From positions 3,526-67,525 of the IMG/VR virus record IMGVR_UViG_2519899535_000001: a stretch of DNA of 64,000 nt. One strand, given 5' to 3'. The DNA comes from a virus. Its lineage: Duplodnaviria > Caudoviricetes. The notes under the pieces were generated by a model. It saw nothing but the letters and a program-made list of their open reading frames with translations. It searched no databases and had not been told where the DNA came from. The position numbers and the translations under genes were made by a program. Below are positions 8,547 to 15,999 of the stretch, in pieces (the first letter of the stretch is position 1; the number at the start of each line of letters is the position of its first letter).

Positions 8547-8768
8547 TCATGGCAGCCTCCACTGCACCCAGGCGCCGCGCACATACACCGCGCTGTAGGC
8601 CAGCGACAGGGCCAGCAGGCCCCAGGCCGATGACTGCAACGCGAAGGTGATCCAGAACGGTTGCCCGCAGAGGCCCACCAGGGGCGCCCAACGCCGTGCA
8701 CGCGCGTTGTGGCCCGTGGCCATGTAGAGCGCTGTCAGCCCAAAAAAAGCAAGTGCGAGTTGGATCAT
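8547..8768 (-). CDS. Small multi-pass membrane protein
   Basis: MIQLALAFFGLTALYM...GLCGQPFW...WGLLALSLAY; three hydrophobic segments. Confidence 0.65.
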   Translation of the reverse strand: MIQLALAFFGLTALYMATGHNARARRWAPLVGLCGQPFWITFALQSSAWGLLALSLAYSAVYVRGAWVQWRLP

Positions 8769-8950
8769 CTGGCGCGCCCCCATACATGCCGCGTGCACAC
8801 AGGGCAGATGACGAACCAGAGCGCGCCGTCGCGCGGGTCTGGCGACCACTGCACCTCGGAGTGCTTGAATTCCAGCTCGCTCTTGCAGTGGCCGCAGGTT
8901 TCGCGGTGGATCTGGTCCTCCGGCGGCTGGCCTTGTTTGATGACCTTCAT
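8765..8950 (-). CDS. Small Zn-ribbon protein
   Basis: TCGHCKSELEF...ICPVC; 4-nt overlaps on both sides. Confidence 0.7.
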   Translation of the reverse strand: MKVIKQGQPPEDQIHRETCGHCKSELEFKHSEVQWSPDPRDGALWFVICPVCTRHVWGRAR

Positions 8951-9576
8951 GTCAGCCTCCGAAATTCGACCACCCAAACCCAGGGGTTGGCGGCCCAGGC
9001 GCCGGCGCCGTTGATCTGGTCCCACAGTTGGGCGTACCAACTGCGCGGGAAGTCCGCATAGCCGAACTCGCGCGAGATTCGGTCGATGCTTGGATGGCTC
9101 GGTGGGGAGCCCTCGGCCATCGCATCCGCCTCGCTGATGTCCTGCAGGCGCTCCACGCGCACGTTGGTGACTTCCAGGGTGATGCGGCTGGCCCAGCGGG
9201 GCATGTGGATGCTGGGCTTCCACGATCCGTAGACGTACGGGTCAGGCGTTAGGTTGTCGGCCATGTATGCGACATCCTCGGGAGCCCGCTTTTCGGGCTG
9301 CGCGTTGTCTCGATACATATGCGCAAAAGACTCACGCACCCAAAGCCGGTCGCCGCGCTGTCCGTATGGGCATGGCAGCGGGTTACCACCCGCGCGCAGT
9401 GGGACTGCCGGGGCTGGCCTGTAGCCCCACACGCGATAGCCGCCGATGAACCAGTAGGGCTCCCCGTCGTGCGCGGTGTCGGGCTGTGGCTTCACCACTC
9501 GCCGGGTCTGCGTCTTGCTGCCATCCAGCAGCGCGCGGACCATGGGCCTGCTGAAAAGGATGGGGCGCTCTTTCAT
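8947..9576 (-). CDS. Conserved phage protein, ASCH/PUA-like
   Basis: MKERPILFSRPMVRALLDGSKTQTRR...GDRLWVRE...WKPSIHMPRWASRITLEVT..ERLQDISE. Confidence 0.75.
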   Translation of the reverse strand: MKERPILFSRPMVRALLDGSKTQTRRVVKPQPDTAHDGEPYWFIGGYRVWGYRPAPAVPLRAGGNPLPCPYGQRGDRLWVRESFAHMYRDNAQPEKRAPEDVAYMADNLTPDPYVYGSWKPSIHMPRWASRITLEVTNVRVERLQDISEADAMAEGSPPSHPSIDRISREFGYADFPRSWYAQLWDQINGAGAWAANPWVWVVEFRRLT

Positions 9577-9776
9577 GGCTGCTCCTTGAAGCAAACCAGC
9601 ACATCCCCCTGCCACTCAAACGGCTTGCCTTCGCAGGCACGGCGAGCGGCGAAGTCGCGGGAGTGGTGGGCCTGCTGCAGCTCGGTGGGTTCGGCCGCAG
9701 CGTCGGATTCGTGCGCGGCGACTGCGGCCATGCCAAGGCCGATCACCACGGCGATCAGGCTGATGACGTAGTTCAT
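9573..9776 (-). CDS. Small exported/membrane hypothetical protein
   Basis: Hydrophobic N-terminus; overlapping start/stop. Confidence 0.6.
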   Translation of the reverse strand: MNYVISLIAVVIGLGMAAVAAHESDAAAEPTELQQAHHSRDFAARRACEGKPFEWQGDVLVCFKEQP

Positions 9777-10036
9777 GGTGCGGCTCCTGCGGGCTCTGCA
9801 TCTGGTTGGCGCAGGGCTTCGTCAATCACCTCGCGCAGTGCCAGCAGACCGGCGCGGCTGTTGATGGTCACGCTCTGTGCTGGTGTGTGCGCACCTTCGT
9901 CGGTGTCGGCCGATGAAGTGATGCACACCGATGGTTCCCACTTGCCATCGCTGCGACGGCGGTAGCTGGCCATGAGGCCGTAGTACCCGAGTGCGCGGGC
10001 GCCTATTTGAAAAGTTGGGGTTGCACTGTTGCTCAT
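9773..10036 (-). CDS. Hypothetical protein
   Basis: Operon-packed ORF. Confidence 0.6.
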   Translation of the reverse strand: MSNSATPTFQIGARALGYYGLMASYRRRSDGKWEPSVCITSSADTDEGAHTPAQSVTINSRAGLLALREVIDEALRQPDAEPAGAAP

Positions 10037-10227
10037 TACGTCACCTCTGCTTGTTCAATGGATTCCGGGTCCAGCTCCGCGCCAATGGCGGCAGCCTCTG
10101 CCCTGAGTGCAGCCGCACGGGCGGCCTCGTCGTTGCGGCGCTTGGCCTCTGCCTGGGCTGCAATGGATGCAGCCAGGGCATCGCGGCGGGCGGTGGTGAA
10201 GTGCGGGGCGGTCATGTGGTCGTTCAT
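10036..10227 (-). CDS. Hypothetical protein
   Basis: Operon-packed ORF. Confidence 0.6.
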   Translation of the reverse strand: MNDHMTAPHFTTARRDALAASIAAQAEAKRRNDEAARAAALRAEAAAIGAELDPESIEQAEVT

Positions 10228-10517
10228 GGCTTGCCTTCAAAAACTAACTTCCGCATGTCCTGCAGATGGCGCTCTGTCGCCGCCAAACTTCCAGCGCTGC
10301 CGGTGCCTTCGGTGGGCCGCAGGCCGCAGTGCCACAGTTCATCCATGAGCATCTGTGCAGCCGTGAAGTCCAGCCGCATGAATGGGTCGTGAAGTTGCGT
10401 CTCGTCGGCCGCCTTCATCACCACCGGTTGCGCGACAGAGAGCACGCCTTCTGAACGCACGGCCATGTGCAGTTCAATGGAGGTATTCCACGGGGCCCGG
10501 GTGGCTTGAAAAATCAT
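10224..10517 (-). CDS. Conserved phage hypothetical protein
   Basis: Start MIFQA; AQMLMDELWHCGLRPTEG.GSAG...HLQDMR. Confidence 0.7.
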   Translation of the reverse strand: MIFQATRAPWNTSIELHMAVRSEGVLSVAQPVVMKAADETQLHDPFMRLDFTAAQMLMDELWHCGLRPTEGTGSAGSLAATERHLQDMRKLVFEGKP

Positions 10518-10522
10518 CGTGC

Positions 10523-10720
10523 TCACGACCACACCCCCATGTGCGCGTTGTGCTGCACCTGATCCACCAGGGCGCGGTGGTAGCGGCCGTCGCTGGCCTC
10601 GATGGCGGCCACCTCTGCCCAGGCCTGATTGCGCAGGCGCTGCAGCTCTTGCGGGGAAATCGGCGGCGGTGCGCCAGGGATGCGCAGCAGCGGCTGCACA
10701 GTGGGGTGTACGTTTTGCAT
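10523..10720 (-). CDS. Hypothetical protein
   Basis: AGGAGG RBS. Confidence 0.6.
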   Translation of the reverse strand: MQNVHPTVQPLLRIPGAPPPISPQELQRLRNQAWAEVAAIEASDGRYHRALVDQVQHNAHMGVWS

Positions 10721-10736
10721 TGCGCCTCCTGGGCGG

Positions 10737-10760
10737 AAAAAAGCCCGCTGGGTGCGGGCT
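10737..10760 (-). terminator. Intrinsic terminator
   Basis: AGCCCGC-N5-GCGGGCT + T6. Confidence 0.75.
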
Positions 10761-10768
10761 GGGTGAAT

Positions 10769-10978
10769 TCAGAACGGGATTCCGTCGTCTGGCTGGTATC
10801 GCTGCCAGTGGGGCCGCGTCAGCGGGTCGTCGTGCTGCGGGTGCTGGTCCCACAGCTCGCGCCAGCGCCGGACTAGGGCAGGCTCACCGTGGTACATGAA
10901 CCCGTAGCCGTCATAGACACGGGCCTCGCGGTGCGCGCGGCGGTAGAGGGCGCGCGTCCAGCGGAACTTGCGGGCCAT
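10769..10978 (-). CDS. Small hypothetical protein ending DDGIPF; paralog of 522-767
   Basis: Shared motifs with 522-767. Confidence 0.75.
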   Translation of the reverse strand: MARKFRWTRALYRRAHREARVYDGYGFMYHGEPALVRRWRELWDQHPQHDDPLTRPHWQRYQPDDGIPF

Positions 10979-10979
10979 G

Positions 10980-11324
10980 TCAGGCTTCTACGACGTGCTC
11001 AATCGCCAGCAGGCTCTGTATCTGGCCTTCGATGCGGGTGGCTTCTGCCTGTGCGGTGGCAAGAACCTGCTCCTTCTGCTGGCGCAGCGTGGCCACAGCT
11101 TTCGTGGTGATTTCCTTCTGCGGCAGCAGCTCGATCTCAATGCGGGCCATGCCGACCAGGATGTAGCCATCTTTTGCCCAATGAGCGCGCAGTGCACCTT
11201 CCTTGGTCAGGTTGTCTTTGCTCACGATGCTGAACTCATCGGCAGCGGTCTTCTCCGGGTTGGCTGGGTCGAAGCGCGTGTATTTGCTGACCAGCGCGAC
11301 GGCATCACCGGTGATTTTTGTCAT
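10980..11324 (-). CDS. First gene of PL operon, hypothetical with C-terminal coiled coil
   Basis: GGAG RBS before MTKIT. Confidence 0.75.
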   Translation of the reverse strand: MTKITGDAVALVSKYTRFDPANPEKTAADEFSIVSKDNLTKEGALRAHWAKDGYILVGMARIEIELLPQKEITTKAVATLRQQKEQVLATAQAEATRIEGQIQSLLAIEHVVEA

Positions 11325-11338
11325 TGCAGGCTCCAAAG

Positions 11339-11448
11339 AAAAAGCCCACGCGGTGGTGGGCTGGTGGGGAAGAAAAAAGCCCCGACAGGCGGGGCGAACC
11401 CCTGCGCAAGGCAGGAGGGGAGGGAATAAAAGCCCTGCCGAAGCAGGG
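11339..11448 (-). terminator. Three tandem intrinsic terminators
   Basis: Hairpins 11343-11362, 11379-11395 and 11433-11448 (C-UUCG-G loop), each followed by a U-tract on minus strand. Confidence 0.75.
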
Positions 11449-12040
11449 AAGGGCACAGGATGGCGTCCTGCACCGGAGCTACTGGTGGGCTACTTGCCAG
11501 GGGGATCACGCACCGGTTCAAAGTTTGTGAAGTGGCTTTTGCCCGTATTGGTTTGATGGCCGAACACAGGCCCGCAGGGATACAAACCCGAGGCAGATAC
11601 GCTGCCTGTTCACTGCCGTACTTCCGGCCCGCGCCACTCCAAGGCAACGGGCGCCTGCGCTGACCATCACATCACCCCGCTGCCAAATGTCCCGCGCAGA
11701 GCGTGAGCCTTTGCTTGGACAGCAGGGTGATGTGATGGCCCTCGTTGGAGGGCATCTTTGAATACCGTGTGGCGCATCAACCGGGACAAGGAGCACTCCC
11801 CCCGCATGCGCGACACGCAGACCTTTCCTGTTCCTGGGCGCTGTATGCACTGCGCTGGTCCACCTCACCACCGTCTAACGCCCGGTGTTCGCGCCCACTA
11901 CCTGATTCACAGTCGCGCTTGCCTGCGCTGTGACGGCTTCCACCGTTGCCGGTGATCCGCGGGGATAGCTGATTTAAGGAACCCACCGGTGTGCGCCAAT
12001 CCACCCACCTGAGCCGCTGCTTGTGTGCTGCGATGGGTGT

Positions 12041-12069
12041 AATTTAGCGATACGCAAAATGAATGTCAA
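12041..12069 (-). promoter_or_regulatory. PL sigma70 promoter
   Basis: TTGACA-17 bp-TAAATT. Confidence 0.85.
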
Positions 12070-12089
12070 TAGCGAAACGCAAAATGAAT
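12045..12089. promoter_or_regulatory. OL operators: two 20-bp direct repeats TAGCGAWACGCAAAATGAAT
   Basis: 12045-12064 and 12070-12089 differ at 1 nt; palindromic core GCG-WWW-CGC; overlap PL. Confidence 0.85.
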
Positions 12090-12126
12090 TGCTAAACTGT
12101 GCCAACGCCCAATCCGGGCGGGCAAC

Positions 12127-12149
12127 AAAAAACCGCCTCAAGGGCGGTT
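12127..12149 (-). terminator. Terminator closing the cI/accessory operon (tImm-like)
   Basis: AACCGCC-N5-GGCGGTT + T6. Confidence 0.7.
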
Positions 12150-12160
12150 GGGAGTTGGAT

Positions 12161-12379
12161 GTGAACGATGGTGCACCACTCAGGCTAAGGCCAGGAACAA
12201 CCTTCGCTGTTTGTCATGGTGACGAAGATGACCTTGAGCCTGTGACGATCAGGCAGGTGAACAGCACGCACGTGCTACTGGAAAGCAGGGGCGACCTTAA
12301 CGGTTGGAAGCCGCGTGGGTTGATTGAAGGGGCTATAGCTGAGGCCAGCGCGCAGCAATCTCCTCGCATGCCGCCGTGA
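12161..12379 (+). CDS. Possible small hypothetical protein
   Basis: GGAG RBS + GTG; convergent with accessory operon and overlaps its last gene's 3' end. Confidence 0.35.
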   Translation: MNDGAPLRLRPGTTFAVCHGDEDDLEPVTIRQVNSTHVLLESRGDLNGWKPRGLIEGAIAEASAQQSPRMPP

Positions 12380-13007
12380 TTTCTATCATGCGCTTGGTTG
12401 TGCTGCGGGGCGCAGAAACTGTTGCAGATCTAAAAACATCCACGCATAGGCAGTGCGTGTGCGAGGGCGTGGTGCCATCGGGCCCGTAAATTTCGAGCCA
12501 TTGTCGCAACAGCGTCGAGACGTACTCTGATCCAGATTTCGTGAGCGCAGAGTCGGGGTTTTTGATGAAGTGAAACTTAAGCGCGCCCGTGTATTTTTTC
12601 CCTCGCTTTTCAAAGCTGATCAAGAAGTCAGGTCGGATGCTGATGTCAACTCCAGCAATGGCCAACTTAGGTGCGTTCTGCTCGCCCTGCTGGTATTCCT
12701 CTCCATCCTTTGATGGTATGAGGTCGGACATTTCCAGTAGTTTTTCCAACGCATCAGCAGTGTTCCATCGGTCGTCAATTGCCCACTCAGTACCGCTTCT
12801 GTCATCGCGCAATTTGGCTATAGCGTCTTTCAGTTTCGCTTCATCCCGGCCATTTGTGAGGAACTGGTTAATGGGGTCTTGTGCGAGTCGATAGCGGGCG
12901 ACGATTGGAGCATTCGGATACTTCTGATCCTGCAAAATTCGGCGGCGACGCGCTGGGTTTGCACTCACAAGAAGCTCTGCTAACTTGTTGACCGAGATTT
13001 TTGCCAT
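12333..13007 (-). CDS. Accessory protein, putative PD-(D/E)xK-like nuclease fold
   Basis: GGAGG RBS; lower GC; ISIRPDFL...GALKFHF motif. Confidence 0.7.
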   Translation of the reverse strand: MAKISVNKLAELLVSANPARRRRILQDQKYPNAPIVARYRLAQDPINQFLTNGRDEAKLKDAIAKLRDDRSGTEWAIDDRWNTADALEKLLEMSDLIPSKDGEEYQQGEQNAPKLAIAGVDISIRPDFLISFEKRGKKYTGALKFHFIKNPDSALTKSGSEYVSTLLRQWLEIYGPDGTTPSHTHCLCVDVFRSATVSAPRSTTKRMIEITAACEEIAARWPQL

Positions 13008-13083
13008 GGCTTCCTCCAATCTCTAGCGCCGTTGCTTACGGCATTCCCTCACATCCACCAGCGTAGTAAGCGGTGGTCCCAAT

Positions 13084-13293
13084 TCATTCAGACTGCTTCG
13101 GTTCCAGCTCAGACAGCGTTTCCTCTAGTGTCTTGATGAGCCGCCTGACGGTTTCTGGCGGCATCTCGACCCAAGCAGTTGTGACCGGCATGTCCCCTGC
13201 TGCCTTGGCTCTGTGGCGCAAGCCGATCAATGGCTTGCCGTCCACCAGGCGGGTGCGAACGTCGGAGTATTGGAGGCGGAGTGTTGTTGTCAT
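13084..13293 (-). CDS. Small hypothetical protein (accessory operon)
   Basis: 3 nt after the upstream stop. Confidence 0.65.
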   Translation of the reverse strand: MTTTLRLQYSDVRTRLVDGKPLIGLRHRAKAAGDMPVTTAWVEMPPETVRRLIKTLEETLSELEPKQSE

Positions 13294-13296
13294 GAT

Positions 13297-13566
13297 TCAG
13301 CCTTTCAGGGCTCCATGCAGGGTCATCAGGCGCTGGGCGATGCCCTCTGGATCAATTCGCATGTTTGACATCGGAATCGTCCCTGCGCAGACGTGCTCGT
13401 ACCAGATGTGAAACCCTGAGAGGTCAGGCATCTGCGCTTGGCTGCACTGCCTGATCGCGGCAGCAATACCATTGGCGCCAAACTCGTCCAGTTCCTCCCG
13501 GCCTTCTAGAACCCGGGCGCGATAGTTGCCAGGCTCAATCTTGTCGATCTTCAGTGTCAGAATCAC
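13297..13566 (-). CDS. Small hypothetical protein (accessory operon)
   Basis: GTG start overlapping the HNH stop (GTGA); GGGAG RBS. Confidence 0.65.
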   Translation of the reverse strand: MILTLKIDKIEPGNYRARVLEGREELDEFGANGIAAAIRQCSQAQMPDLSGFHIWYEHVCAGTIPMSNMRIDPEGIAQRLMTLHGALKG

Positions 13567-13877
13567 CGATTCTCCCTCTTCATTTTTCTGCATTCGCGCA
13601 CATCAACCAGCGTCTTGAACCGGTGGTCCTCCCTAGCGATCCACTGCATATTGCCGGGCCTATCGGCGCCCCCGGCACACAGAGGCGTTATGTGGTCAAC
13701 GTGATATCCCGGGCAGGCCCCGCGCGTGCGGCCGGTGGCGGGGCAAGGATGCTCTGCGCGGAAGGCGCGCACCTGGGCGCGGTCGCGCTCAGCACTGGCA
13801 TCGGCGTTCCATGCCAATGCCGTGAACAAGAGCAGGGCAGCTTGTAGCCTTGCTCTAGACGAAGTGTTCTGGGGCAC
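13563..13877 (-). CDS. Signal-peptide-bearing HNH nuclease-like protein (start approximate)
   Basis: ALLLFTALAWNADA signal then HPCPATG...CPGYHVDHITPLCAGGADRPGNMQW. Confidence 0.75.
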   Translation of the reverse strand: MPQNTSSRARLQAALLLFTALAWNADASAERDRAQVRAFRAEHPCPATGRTRGACPGYHVDHITPLCAGGADRPGNMQWIAREDHRFKTLVDVRECRKMKRENR

Positions 13878-14274
13878 GCGCGACAGCCCAGGAATAGAAC
13901 TCAGGCGTCCAGCCATTGGCAGGTGTGAGTTGATGCTGCGGGAATTCCAATGGAAGGCGCCAATGGAGCCACTGGTCAATCGTTGCAATACCGTCTGGCG
14001 CGACGTACTTGTTGCCAAGCACGCGGCTTTCGATCACAGAAATTTGTGAATCTATGGTCCACCTCCTGAGGCCAATCCACTCTTTGAGGATGCGGGCGAG
14101 CACCGCTTCTGGCGAGGCTGCATTCCCTATACCGGTGAGGCCAAGCCCATACAGGATGCCCTGGCCAGATCCACTTGGAGCAATTTGCAACGGGGTACGT
14201 TGACGCTGCAAGATCTTGGTGAATGAATTGACCTGAGCATCAAGCGCGCCAGAAACCATTCTCAGGAGGGACAT
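13855..14274 (-). CDS. Hypothetical protein co-transcribed with cI
   Basis: GGAG RBS; ATG 15 nt after cI stop. Confidence 0.7.
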   Translation of the reverse strand: MSLLRMVSGALDAQVNSFTKILQRQRTPLQIAPSGSGQGILYGLGLTGIGNAASPEAVLARILKEWIGLRRWTIDSQISVIESRVLGNKYVAPDGIATIDQWLHWRLPLEFPQHQLTPANGWTPEFYSWAVARAPEHFV

Positions 14275-14289
14275 ACCTGCTCCAGTTAC

Positions 14290-15045
14290 TCAGTACTGCT
14301 CACTGCGCCACACCGTCAGCACCTTACCAAGCACCTCGAAATGAGGATTTTTTGGTGATATGTCGTAGGGTGGGTAGTCGGGGTTCTTGGAAATGATGCG
14401 AAGGGCAAACCCAGGGCCGTCGAACTCTGGAACACGCTGAATGATTTTGATGAACCCCTCATCGCCCACGCGGAAAAAGTAGACACCCTCGTGGTTGATG
14501 ACCTTGACGCCAGTGTCCACTAGCAGTGGATCGCCGGGGTTGAACATGGGTCGCATGGATGGGCCGAATCCGGTGACGATGCATAGATTTCGCACCCCGG
14601 TGTGGTGCGGAACATTCAGGCGAAGCCACTCGTGACTGACTTTCCAGCTCCTGATGATGCCTGGTTGATCGTCCAGCAGTAAGCGCCCGGTGCTATCCAT
14701 GCCGCCGCCAGATGCGAACTGGGTGATGACCAGATCAGGCGGCATGCCCGGTGACTCGCTTGGCGATTCATAGGGCGCTGGTGCCGCCGGTGGTGTCCCA
14801 TCGTTTTCGGAGGTGTGATCGACATCGAGCCAGCCAGCGGGCTTTTTCGCTGATTCTTCGATTCGACGTGCCGTCTCTTTTCGCATGCCGCGTTGCTTGC
14901 CGGTTTTTGAGTCTTTGGCTCCGTCGCGCAGATTGATGAACTGGGAGGGGGACATCCCGCAGAGAGTGGCGGCCTCAGTTGTGCCTCCGGCCTCCTTTTC
15001 AATCAGGCGCATGTTGTCGCGTCGAATGGCGTCGATGTCTTTCAT
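14290..15045 (-). CDS. cI: CI-like repressor (HTH + S24 autopeptidase)
   Basis: IRRDN...ARRIEE....GWLD HTH; GPSMRP (Ser) and FIKII (Lys) S24 motifs. Confidence 0.95.
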   Translation of the reverse strand: MKDIDAIRRDNMRLIEKEAGGTTEAATLCGMSPSQFINLRDGAKDSKTGKQRGMRKETARRIEESAKKPAGWLDVDHTSENDGTPPAAPAPYESPSESPGMPPDLVITQFASGGGMDSTGRLLLDDQPGIIRSWKVSHEWLRLNVPHHTGVRNLCIVTGFGPSMRPMFNPGDPLLVDTGVKVINHEGVYFFRVGDEGFIKIIQRVPEFDGPGFALRIISKNPDYPPYDISPKNPHFEVLGKVLTVWRSEQY

Positions 15046-15054
15046 CTTGTGAAT

Positions 15055-15124
15055 TTCATAGCAATACGCAAAGTCGGTCTATGCGCGTAACGGTGTTGAC
15101 TCATTTTGCGAAACGCGAAACAAT
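15055..15124. promoter_or_regulatory. OR region with PR (TTGACT-17-AACAAT) and operator copies
   Basis: TAGCAATACGCAAA (15059) and TTTTGCGAAACGCGAAA (15104) match OL core. Confidence 0.75.
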
Positions 15125-15130
15125 CGCGGT

Positions 15131-15388
15131 ATGGAACTCGCAACATACTTCGCCGAAACCCGTGGAGCGCAAGCTGAGCTTGCTCGAACTCTGGGTGTGC
15201 CGCAGTCGCTGCCAAGCGCCTGGGCAGCTACTGACCCAGAAAAGCGGCGCCCCGTACCCGTTCGCTACTGCAACGCGATAGAGCGCGCAACCAGTGGAGC
15301 CGTGAGCCGCCGCGACCTGCGCCCCGACGACTGGCACCTGATCTGGCCCGAACTGGGCACCCCGACCGAAACCAAGGAGGCCGCATAA
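15131..15388 (+). CDS. cro: Cro-like (YdaS-type) repressor
   Basis: GAQAELARTLGV...W...IERATSGAVSRRDLRPDDWHLIWPEL; divergent from cI. Confidence 0.9.
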   Translation: MELATYFAETRGAQAELARTLGVPQSLPSAWAATDPEKRRPVPVRYCNAIERATSGAVSRRDLRPDDWHLIWPELGTPTETKEAA

Positions 15389-15802
15389 ATGCCCGCCCCC
15401 TTGAATCGCAAAGAGCAGGCCATTGCGGACCAGATTCGCGCGCTCCTGGCCCAGCTCCCCCCCGATGGTGTCACCCGCGTTCTCGCGGATGTGGAGGAAC
15501 ACCTCTACGCCGAGGATGACCAGGGCCCGGCATTCAGCCGTGGCATTGCAGGCCCCCTGGGCAAGCTGGAACACCCCCTCAAGACGAAGGTGGACGAGCA
15601 CACCCATGCGCTGTTCCTGCGCCAGTGCGCCATGCAGAACACGGATGCCTCGAACGAGCTGCGCAACTGCGTGTACGCCATCGTTCACGGTAAGAGCTAC
15701 GACCAAATGGTGATTGAGAAACTGAGCCATGCCGTGCAGCGTACCGAGGCGCTGACAAAGCTCATAGGGTCTTTTGGGGCCCCCGAATCGGAGGTGCGCT
15801 GA
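15389..15802 (+). CDS. Putative CII-position regulator
   Basis: Position after cro; AAGGAGG RBS. Confidence 0.65.
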   Translation: MPAPLNRKEQAIADQIRALLAQLPPDGVTRVLADVEEHLYAEDDQGPAFSRGIAGPLGKLEHPLKTKVDEHTHALFLRQCAMQNTDASNELRNCVYAIVHGKSYDQMVIEKLSHAVQRTEALTKLIGSFGAPESEVR

Positions 15803-15993
15803 TGAGCCTCTGGAACCCCGCCAAGCCGTTGAACCAACCGCCTGGCTTTCGCCGCGTAGGTCACACCAACACCCATTCCGCTCTGGCAGACACGCCAGAG
15901 CATCACGCCGCCCGCGCGCTGCAGGCTGCCCAGCATGGGCGCGAGCTGGCCGTGAGCCGCCAGGGCGGCCGCCGCGCCGTCGTGCGGGAGTAG
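15802..15993 (+). CDS. Small hypothetical protein
   Basis: GGAGG RBS, stop/start overlap. Confidence 0.55.
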   Translation: MSLWNPAKPLNQPPGFRRVGHTNTHSALADTPEHHAARALQAAQHGRELAVSRQGGRRAVVRE

Positions 15994-15999
15994 GCGCAG

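Noticed and set aside
11777-12004. 75-aa minus-strand ORF in PL leader as an N candidate
   Set aside because: No clear RBS, S/G/R-rich and not Arg-helix-like; region is better explained as structured RNA, but not excluded without Ribo-seq
1609-15770. Other ATAGGG hits (1609, 5174, 14770, 15764)
   Set aside because: Inside genes and lack the RANMMT hexamer at +30
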